Shown here in pieces: positions 12,165-21,670 of a DNA stretch of 21,670 nt. The DNA lies in contig NW_021823688.1 in assembly GCF_006345805.1 (NCBI RefSeq), positions 1 through 21,670 on the forward strand, written 5' to 3'. The translations under genes and the position numbers were made by a program. This DNA is from Octopus sinensis (taxonomy: Eukaryota). The notes beneath the pieces are model-generated. The model was given only the letters and a program-made list of their open reading frames with translations, ran no database searches and was not told the DNA's origin. Position 1 is the first letter of the stretch; each line of letters starts with the position of its first letter.

Positions 12165-13101
12165 CAGTGGCGTCATCGAACTTAAGAACCCTAATTTACT
12201 AATGTTCAACCGACATTTCTTTTATATATTCAACTTGTAAATCTTGAATTAATTGTATATCTAAATAAAGAAACTCTTACGAGCTTTAATAGGGTATACA
12301 GCTTTACAGAGTAAAATCAATATGTTAATTTCAGATTAAAAATAAATCATAATTATCCTAAATTAGAGTACCATTTAACTTAAGGTCAACAGGTAACATT
12401 TCATATTTTGTTGTTGTTTTGCTTTTAAAATTCATTCTGAAATCCCTAAAAAGCAATAAAATCACAGAGTCAGTATTTTGGGAACCCAAAATTACTTAAT
12501 ACAGCTTTGCATCTGCGAAACATAGAAATGTTTAGATCATTTATCACTGTTGCGGAGATTTTTTCCCACTTTCGGCTAATAACGTTTTTAAAAAATTCTC
12601 CTTCTTTTTGTCCTTATTCTTTCTCTTAATACTTTTCACAGTTCTACCCAACCATTCTCAAGGATTTTCGATGGGTTTCAGCTCGGGTGACGACGCTGGT
12701 CACTATATCAACCGAAATCTCTTAGGTATAATGTAATTTCTGAGTAGGTACGAGGTGACATTCGGGTGGTTGTCATGATGGAAAGTCTAAATGCTTTCGG
12801 GCGTATGGAAGCATAGTATTATTCAATATTTCTAGATAGGACTTACTATCCATTCGGATTATAGAACTGACGTCTTTTCCCGACATACACACTTACATCA
12901 TCACACTTTCGCCAGAGTGCCTAATTGAAGGTTGGATGCATTTTGGATGGAATTCTTCGACTATACGCCTTCTTACATACTTCCTGCCATCTCTGCCGAT
13001 CAAGTTGAACTTTGATTCGTCCGACCACAACACATTCGTCCAATCTGCTGGACTCCATTTCAAATGTTCTTTAACGGGCAAATCGATTTTATCAAATGCA
13101 C
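12165..13101 (-). mobile_element. Tc1-family transposon, 5'-truncated, decayed (copy 2)
   Basis: WTNVLWSDESKFNLIGRDGRKYVRR in ORF 12893-13135; colinear with 7790-8720, with the same TIR start and truncation point. Confidence 0.88.
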
Positions 13102-13578
13102 CTATACACACATACATGCATAGACACACATACATACAGACATACAGACATTCTTACATACATACATAAAACATATATACATACATACATACACACATAC
13201 TCATATACATACATACAGACATACATACACATACAACATACACACATACATACAACATACATACAGACATACATACACACATACAAACATACACACATAC
13301 ATACATACAAACATACACACATACATACATACAAACATACATACATGTGTGTATGTATGTACGTGTGAATGTACTTATGTATGCACGTTTGTGTATATAT
13401 ATCTATACGTGTCCGTATATAAATATCTGTGTGCATATATATATATGTGTATATATATCTATTTGTGTATGTACATAAATTCATACATACATACATTCAT
13501 ATATACATTCAATTATGCATACATGCATACATATATACATACATACATACATACATACATACATACATGCATACATAT

Positions 13579-13609
<31 letters not shown>

Positions 13610-13639
13610 CATACATACATACATACATACATACATACA

Positions 13640-14138
13640 TGGTGGTTGTCTACACCTTATACAGAGTTTGACCACCTTCTTACCGACACCTTAGCACCAT
13701 TATGGTTCCTGATGTAGCTTTTCAAACGAAAGAATATTCTGAAAAGACACCCACATAGATTGCTCCTCAAATTTGGGCCACCAAGACCTGCAGATAAATT
13801 CTGCTGTTTGTAGGTCTTAAAATGTCGCTTGAGGCCTCCGTTGGATTTGCAAACTTCATACGTTCGTCAGGGGATCATTCGATACCTTCACCCCAATATT
13901 TGTTTTGTCTCTCCTTGCATCATCACCCCATTTTCTTAACCTTATATGGTTAATAAAGAAATTGACAGTTCAGGAGTACATGCGCCATTTCACGAGTCTT
14001 ATTTTGCATCCAGCAGAGTGTCCAACAACATCCTCGTCACCAAGCAAGCCTGGTGGGGTTTCCATTTTAATCGCCGACGGCACGATCATGAATCATGTTG
14101 TACTGGGTTACATGTTCCCAGTAGTACTCAAGAGCGAC
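13640..14138 (-). mobile_element. RTE-clade retroelement 3' end with degenerate C2H2 zinc fingers and (ATGT)n tail
   Basis: Minus strand ~13860-13680 reads YEVCKSNGGLKRHFKTY...NLCGCLFRIFFRLKSYIRNH; ends ...CAACCACC+(ATGT)n like the 5631 element. Identity of 13900-14138 is uncertain. Confidence 0.6.
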
Positions 14139-14188
14139 ATGCATACATACATACTTAAAGACATACAGACAGACAGATGGCCGTCCAT

Positions 14189-14306
14189 GAACATGTATCA
14201 TACATCAAAATGAATCTGGTCCTCAAAAGCAATGGTCTACCTTCGAATGACTGCATGTATCCCCGCCCGTGAAATTCCGTTGAGTGTTCTTTGAGCCATT
14301 TCTTCA
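14189..14306 (-). mobile_element. Inverted, internally deleted mariner 3' fragment
   Basis: Reverse complement (TGAAGAAATGGCTCAAAGAACACTCAACGGAATTT...CATTGCTTTTGAG//AGATTCATTTTGATGTATGATACATGTTC) aligns to 14418-14580. Confidence 0.85.
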
Positions 14307-14309
14307 TTA

Positions 14310-14640
14310 CCTCCACACAAATCAGATTTAGCACTTCAGACTAAAATCTCTTCGGCGCAACAAAAGACGGTTTGAGAGGCAAACATTATACCAGTGACGA
14401 GGAAGTAAGTAATGTGGTGAAGAAGTGGCTCAAAGAACATTCAACAGAATTTTAAAGGGCAGGAATACATGCTCTCATTCGAAGAAGGAACATTGCTTTT
14501 GAGAGAAACGGTAACTATATTAAAGAGTGGGGATGTGATCCACTGGGGCCAAGATTCATTTTGATGTATGATACATGTTCCTGTGTTGGTAATTATACCT
14601 TTCCTAAACAAAATGGCATTAGGTTTTGACTACCCCTCGC
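14310..14640 (+). mobile_element. Mariner (DD34D) 3' fragment with right TIR
   Basis: PPHKSDLA/SD*NLFGATKDGLRGKHYTSDEEVSNVVKKWLKEHSTEF*RAGIHALIRR = decayed YSPDLAPSDYHLF region; ends TTTTGACTACCCCTCG. Confidence 0.88.
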
Positions 14641-15395
14641 ACATACATACATACATAAGTACGTACACACATACCCACATACATACATATATACATACAA
14701 ACATATATACACACATACATATACACGTGCATACATACGTACATACACACACACTTATGCATACATACATTCATACATACACAAATACATGTACATATAC
14801 AGATATAAATACATACATATACATATATATACACATACATATATACACATATACATACATATATTCGCACTTACATATATAAAACATACTTGCATACATA
14901 CACACATAAATACATAGTCAACACACATACACACATACTTACATACACACATACGCACATGCATGCATAGAAACACATGCATACAAACTCACATACATAT
15001 ATAAAACATATATACATACATACATAAACACATACTCACATACATACATACATACACACATACATACACACATACACACATACATACACACATTACATAC
15101 ATACATAAATACATACATACATACATGTATACATGTATACATACATACATACATGTAGACATACATTCATACATACATACATACACACATACATACATAC
15201 GTACATACATACATACACACATACAAACACACACACATACACACATACATACACACATTACATACATACGTAAATACATACATACATGTATACATACATA
15301 CATGCATACATACATAAATACATACATACATACATACATACATACATACATACATACATACATACATACATACATACATACATACACACATACAT
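14641..15395. repeat. (ACAT)n-dominated microsatellite
   Basis: Direct reading; near-pure ACAT run at ~15320-15385. Confidence 0.92.
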
Positions 15396-15463
15396 ATTCG
15401 ACCAATCTGCTGGACTCCCTATCAAGTATTCTCGAACGTGCAAATCGATTTTTTGAAATGCAC
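15396..15463 (-). mobile_element. Small diverged Tc1 fragment
   Basis: ATTCGACCAATCTGCTGGACTCC...GCAAATCGATTTTTTGAAATGCAC aligns to 13034-13101 and 8654-8720. Confidence 0.8.
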
Positions 15464-15716
15464 ACATACATAATACAGACATACTCAAAAGGCGTATAGA
15501 TTGAGGACCCTTATCAACAGTGTCAATTCTTTGCCGAGGCTTTTTCAACTATTTTCAAACAAGATGATGGTCGTGAACCCCCTCCATTTGATAGATCGGT
15601 ACCTCCAATGCTCCGATTTGTCATCACGCGGGACGAAGTCAAACGTGTTATTCAAGGCCTCGATGTCAACAAGGGTCAAGGCCCTGACGGCATAAAACAC
15701 ACAGGTTATCAAAGCG

Positions 15717-17123
15717 TTGGCTCCGGTCATCTGCGAGCCCTTAACACGTCTATTCAATATGTCATTGGCGACGGGTGTTATACCTGCGGACTGGAGAACA
15801 GCGATAATCTGCCCAATTTCGAAGAAAGGGAGCCGCGAAGGCCCGCTTAACTACCGACCGGTTTCCCTTACATCAATAATCAGCAAGATGTTCGAAACCA
15901 TCCTTAAGAAAAGTATGATACTCCACCTCCAAAACACAGCCTCTATCTCTGATTCCCAACACGGCTTCGTGCCGAAGAGATCATGCTTGACCAACTTACT
16001 GGTAATGGAAGAATTGGTGACGCGCATCCTTGATGATAGTGATGCTGTTGACATCGTTTTATTGGACTTTGCCAAAGCTTTTGACTCGGTAAACCACCGC
16101 CTATTATTTGTCAAGCTTCAAGCATATAGTTTCCATCCGGATATTGTACTTTGGGTTGGTGCCTTCCTCTCAGATCGCTCCTTCCAAGTCGAAGTTAATG
16201 GTTCGTGGTCCGACGTCTCCAGTGCGAGCAGTGGCGTGCCTGAAGGTTCAGTGCTTGGACCCTTATTGTTCTTAGTCTTCATAAATGACTTGCCCGACGA
16301 CCTCACGCAACACACCCTTCTATTAGCCGACGATGTCAAATTGGTCGCTCCTCGCGGTGATATGGAGGATCTTCGTCGATGCCTCCACCAAATTTGGAGG
16401 TGGTCTAACGAATGGGACCTGTGTCTGAACGTGTCAAAGTGCTGTCATCTGCCTGTTGGCTCTCCTCCTGCAACTCAACTTGATTTCGAGCTGGGCCGTC
16501 TGCTTCTGGAGAGGACCGATCAGGTAAAGGACCTGGGTATCTTGGTGGATTCCTCCATTTCGCCTTCGGCCCAGTGCGTCCATGCTGCCAACAAAGCACG
16601 CGGAATTCTGTTCTTGATTCGACGGTCATTCGGAATGCTCACAGCAGCCATATTCCTACCACTCTATGTTCCGCTGGTGAGACCCATATTGGAGTACGGG
16701 ATTCAAGCCTCTTCTCCTTATCTCTTCAAAGACATTCAGCATCTCGAAAGAGTCCAGAAGCTGGCTACCCACATGATTGATGGTCTCAAAAATGTGTCCT
16801 ATGAAGAGAGGCTGAAGACGCTCGACCTTTATTCTCTAGAAAAACGCCGCCGCCGTGGGGATCTCATTCTCGCCCACAACATCATTAGCGGAAAGTGTAA
16901 CCTCTCGAAAGAGCAGTTCTTCACTCCTGCTCCAGAGCGTCGGCTGCGGGGTCATTCCGAAAATCTCTACCTGCGACGATTTCATCTCAATCGAAGGAGA
17001 GGAGCTTTCTCCGTCCGGGTTGCGGATCCGTGGAACAAGCTGCCAGACGAGATGGTGAAGATGCCGACGACCGCTTTGTTCAAAGCCTCCCTTGACCTCA
17101 AGTGGCCTGAACTCTTTACATGA
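15717..17123 (+). pseudogene. CR1 ORF2 reverse-transcriptase domain plus C-terminal region (468-codon open frame, no endonuclease domain)
   Basis: Full RT motif series. Starts at a TTG after a frameshift near 15695; carries GVPEG and LADD in place of the usual GVPQG and F/YADD. Confidence 0.85.
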
Positions 17124-17155
17124 ACACCACCCTGTACTTAACTCCATGTCCCCCT

Positions 17156-19643
17156 AGACGACGCCGTGGTAATCTCATTCTTGCTCACAACATCATTAGC
17201 GGAAAGTGTAACCTCTCGAAAGAGCAGTTCTTCACTCCTTCTCCAGAGCGTCGGCTGCGGGGTCATTCCGAAAAGCTGTACCTGCGACGATTTCATCTCA
17301 ATCGAAGGAGAGGAGCTTTCTCCGTCCGGGTTGCGGATCCGTGGAACAAACTGCCAGACGAGATGGTGAAGATGCCGACGACAGCTTTGTTCAAAGCCTC
17401 CCTTGACTTCAAGTGGCCTGAACTCTTTACATGAACACCACCCTGTACTTAACTCCATGTCCCCCTAGACGACGCCGTGGTAATCTCATTCTTGCTCACA
17501 ACATCATTAGCGGAAAGTGTAACCTCTCGAAAGTGCAGTTCTTCACTCCTTCTCCAGAGCGTCGGCTGCGGGGTCATTCCGAAAAGCTGTACCTGCGACG
17601 ATTTCATCTCAATCGAAGGAGAGGAGCTTTCTCCGTCCGGGTTGCGGGTCCGTCGAACAAGCTGCCAGACGAGATGGTGAAGATGCCGACGACCGCTTTG
17701 TTCAAAGCCTCCCTGGACCTCAAGTGGCCGGAACTCTTTACATGAACACCACCCTGTACTTAACTCCATGTCCCCCTAGACGACGCCGTGGTAATCTCAT
17801 TCTTGCTCACAACATCATTAGCGGAAACTGTAACCTCTCGAAAGAGCAGTTCTTCACTCCTTCTCCAGAGCGTCGGCTGCGGGGTCATTCCGAAAAGCTG
17901 TACCTGCGACGATTTCATCTCAATCGAAGGAGAGGAGCTTTCTCCGTCCGGGTTGCGGATCCGTGGAACAAACTGCCAGACGAGATGGTGAAGATGCCGA
18001 CGACCGCTTTGTTCAAAGCCTCCCTTGACCTCAAGTGGCCTGAACTCTTTACATGAACACCACCCTGTACTTAACTCCATGTCCCCCTAGACGACGCCGT
18101 GGTAATCTCATTCTTGCTCACAACATCATTAGCGGAAAGTGTAGCCTCTCGAAAGAGCAGTTCTTCACTCCTTCTCCAGAGCGTCGGCTGCGGGGTCATT
18201 CCGAAAAGCTGTACCTGCGACGATTTCATCTCAATCGAAGGAGAGGAGCTTTCTCCGTCCGGGTTGCGGATCCGTGGAACAAACTGCCAGACGAGATGGT
18301 GAAGATGCCGACGACCGCTTGGTTCAAAGCCTCCCTTGACCTCAAGTGGCCTGAACTCTTTACATGAACACCACCCTGTACTTAACTCCATGTCCCCCTA
18401 GACGACGCCTTGGTAATCTCATTCTTGCTCACAACATCATTAGCGGAAAGTGTAACCTCTCGAAAGAGCAGTTCTTCACTCCTTCTCCAGAGCGTCGGCT
18501 GCGGGGTCATTCCGAAAAGCTGTACCTGCGACGATTTCATCTCAATCGAAGGAGAGGAGCTTTCTCCGTCCGGGTTGCGGATCCGTGGAACAAACTGCCA
18601 GACGAGATGGTGAAGATGCCGACGACCGCTTTGTTCAAAGACTCCCTTGACCTCAAGTGGCCTGAACTCTTTACATGAACACCACCCTGTACTTAACTCC
18701 ATGTCCCCCTAGACGACGCCGTGGTAATCTCATTCTTGCTCACAACATCATTAGCGGAAAGTGTAACCTCTCGAAAGAGCAGTTCTTCACTCCTTCTCCA
18801 GAGCGTCGGCTGCGGGGTCATTCCGAAAAGCTGTACCTGCGACGATTTCATCTCAATCGAAGGAGAGGAGCTTTCTCCGTCCGGGTTGCGGGTCCGTCGA
18901 ACAAGCTGCCAGACGAGATGGTGAAGATGCCGACGACCGCTTTGTTCAAAGCCTCCCTGGACCTCAAGTGGCCTGAACTCTTTACATGAACACCACCCTG
19001 TACTTAACTCCATGTCCCCCTAGACGACGCCGTGGTAATCTCATTCTTGCTCACAACATCATTAGCGGAAAGTGTAACCTCTCGAAAGAGCAGTTCTTCA
19101 CTCCTTCTCCAGAGCGTCGGCTGCGGGGTCATTCCGAAAAGCTGTACCTGCGACGATTTCATCTCAATCGAAGGAGAGGAGCTTTCTCCGTCCGGGTTGC
19201 GGGTCCGTCGAACAAGCTGCCAGACGAGATGGTGAAGATGCCGACGACCGCTTTGTTCAAAGCCTCCCTTGACCTCAAGTGGCCTGAACTCTTTACATGA
19301 ACACCACCCTGTACTTAACTCCATGTCCCCCTAGACGACGCCGTGGTAATCTCATTCTTGCTCACAACATCATTAGCGGAAAGTGTAACCTCTCGAAAGA
19401 GCAGTTCTTCACTCCTTCTCCAGAGCGTCGGCTGCGGGGTCATTCCGAAAAGCTGTACCTGCGACGATTTCATCTCAATCGAAGGAGAGGAGCTTTCTCC
19501 GTCCGGGTTGCGGATCCGTGGAACAAACTGCCAGACGAGATGGTGAAGATGCCGACGACCGCTTTGTTCAAAGCCTCCCTGGACCTCAAGTGGCCGGAAC
19601 TCTTTACATGAACACCACCCTGTACTTAACTCCATGTCCCCCT
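17156..19643 (+). repeat. Tandem array of 8 x 311-bp units from the CR1 3' end (a ninth, native copy at 16845-17155)
   Basis: Junction CCATGTCCCCCT|AGACGACGCC at 17156, 17467, 17778, 18089, 18400, 18711, 19022 and 19333; no indels; only a few substitutions per unit. Confidence 0.98.
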
Positions 19644-19699
19644 ACATGGCCTTGCTATTTGCTTTTGAGCCAAATTAACTAACTAACTAACTAACTAAC

Positions 19700-20645
19700 A
19701 TACACACATATACATACATACACTCATACAAACACAAATACATGTACATATACGCATATAAATACATATACATACATATATGTACACATACATATATGCA
19801 CATATACATACACATATACATACACACAGACATACATATACATACAAACATGCATGCGTACATATACACATACACACACACATATGTACACACATGTATA
19901 CGAACATATATACGTACATACATATAAGCTTGCATTCATACCTACATACATTCATACATACATACATGCATGCATACACACACACATACATACACACTTA
20001 CGTACACATATTCATGCTGCACACATACATACATTCATACACACTCATATACATATATACACACATAAGTACATACACAGATGCATAAATACATAAATAT
20101 ATACACACAGACATACGTACGCACCTACATAGACACGTACATAAAACCATACGTATAAACATGCATGCATAAACACAATCATGTATATATACATACATAC
20201 GTACACACATATACATGTACATACGTGCATACTTACATACATACACACATACATATGTACGTAGATGCATACATACGTGCATACATACATAGGCACCTAC
20301 ATGCAAGTATGCAACTATACCTATATACATACGCGCATGGAATATGTACATATACACACGTACATACTTACATAACTACATACATCAGTACACGCACATA
20401 CATGCATGTATACGTACGTACATACACGCGTAGAAACACACATACATATATAAGTATGTATATATATATATATGCGAGCATATATATATATACATACACA
20501 CATACATATATACATGCATGCATACGTACGTACGTACACGCGTAGAAACAAACATACATTTATACGCATGTATATATATATATATATATGCGAGCATATA
20601 TATATATACATACACACATACATATATACATGCATGCATACATTA
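19700..20645. repeat. Degenerate (ACAT/AC/AT)n block, paralogue of 2893-3720, with a local duplication near 20400-20640
   Basis: Colinear landmarks; CACGCGTAGAAACA...TGCGAGCATA occurs twice here and once in copy A. Confidence 0.9.
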
Positions 20646-20649
20646 CAAA

Positions 20650-20694
20650 CCTGTCTGAGCCATTCCGCATCGTGCGGTCCGTCCCTCAAGTGTG

Positions 20695-20728
<34 letters not shown>

Positions 20729-21670
20729 ATCTCCTCCCTTCTGTATGTACTGACTATTGAACCATTTACTGCGGAAGCTGGGGACGTTGATGGGTGTCTC
20801 GCGTGATCTAGTATCTGAGAGAAATGTATCTGCTTACGCTGATGATGTCACCGTCATAGTGTCGAGCCACAGGCATATAGACCTGACAGTCGAAACACTA
20901 CAGGAATATGAAGCGAAAACAGGAGCAAAAATGAACCCGGAAAAGTCAGTGGACTTGCAGCTCGGCACATGGAGAGGCAAGGCCATGCGGTCCAACAGCG
21001 TCATGCTGCGCTGGACAGACGGTCCCAACAAGTTGCTCGGAGTCTGGTTTGGACCGGACGTCCAAGTGGAGAAGAACTGGGACGAAGTGACGAGAAGGGT
21101 AGCCAATCTCACCCAGAAATAGACCAAGAGGAAGCTGTACCTGAAAGATTGGGCGGAGGTGACGAATGCGTACATGGCACCCATCATCTCCTACCGCTTC
21201 ACTGTCGTCCCTTGTGCCGTTTCCTGGTTGACCAAGCTTGTGCGCTTACTCTTCCGTTTTCTGTGGAAGATGCGCATTCCACTGGTCAGGCGCTCTATCT
21301 GTTGTCAATAGCTGCTGAGTGGAGGAGTGGGCATGCCCTGGTTACTGATGCGCAGACGTGCGCTGAGGTTGCGTCATCTCCAGCCTTTCCTTGACGGTGA
21401 GCAGGTGTGATCACCGTTTGTAAGAGGCACTTTTCCACAGCTCGTCTTTTTGACTGAGCGGCTATCCTGGACTGGGCGTAGTCCGAAGAAGGGCGCTTGG
21501 CACCTTGAGTGCCGTCAAGCACTCACAGTCCTCCACCAGGCGGGCAATACGGTCGGTAATACTTCCACTCTAAATTTCTAAAGAGTGCTAGTGATGGGAA
21601 AGTGCGACGACGTCCTCAGGGAAACTCTGGGTGTCGATGAAGATCAACTAACCGATCTGTTTCGCAGCAC
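20650..21670 (+). mobile_element. Tx1/L1-clade RT fragment (copy B), runs off the window end
   Basis: VSAYADDVTV, TGAKMNPEKS; same internal stops as copy A (e.g. TQK*). Confidence 0.88.

Larger units (their letters stand above)
15484..19699 (+). mobile_element. CR1-clade LINE, 5'-truncated (copy B), containing an internal tandem amplification of its 3' end
   Basis: Same 5' truncation and 3' flank as copy A; terminal 3'UTR and (CTAA)n tail at 19644-19699. Confidence 0.93.

Noticed and set aside
13905-14213. Plus-strand 102-aa and 70-aa ORFs as host exons
   Set aside because: No recognisable domain; they overlap a probable minus-strand retroelement remnant and microsatellite.
15717-17123. Active or domesticated reverse transcriptase gene
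   Set aside because: 5'-truncated with no endonuclease, upstream frameshift, non-ATG start and altered QG and F/YADD motifs shared with the broken paralogue.
16836-19635. Antisense 103-106-aa ORFs and alternate-frame 67-aa ORFs in each unit
   Set aside because: Shadow frames of the LINE coding strand, also present in copy A, with no recognisable motifs; their repetition simply follows the array.
17156-19643. CRISPR-like or repeat-spacer array next to a reverse transcriptase (retron/DGR-like system)
   Set aside because: Units are contiguous near-identical 311-mers with no unique spacers; variation is not adenine-specific; the RT is a eukaryotic CR1 LINE ORF2.

Overview
Eukaryotic, gene-free, repeat-saturated window. 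About half is (AC/AT/ACAT)n low-complexity DNA; the composition and transposon mix resemble a cephalopod (octopus-type) genome, which is inference only. Embedded are decayed transposons: two copies of a 5'-truncated CR1-clade LINE, two copies of a Tx1/L1-clade RT fragment, two long and two tiny Tc1 fragments, mariner 3' ends (one arranged as a fold-back), and minus-strand RTE-derived elements. These are organised as two layered duplications: ~907-4735 vs ~14467-21670, and tandem ~5471-9361 vs ~9362-13662. The standout is an 8 x 311-bp head-to-tail array (17156-19643) built from the CR1 3' end and sitting inside the second LINE copy. Its junction falls at the LINE 3'-UTR stem-loop, each unit carries a 104-aa ORF chained to the previous one by an ATGA stop/start overlap, and the unamplified state is preserved in the paralogous copy at 1182-2892. 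No host protein-coding gene is supported; the many Y/I/H/T and M/C/V/Y ORFs are microsatellite artefacts.
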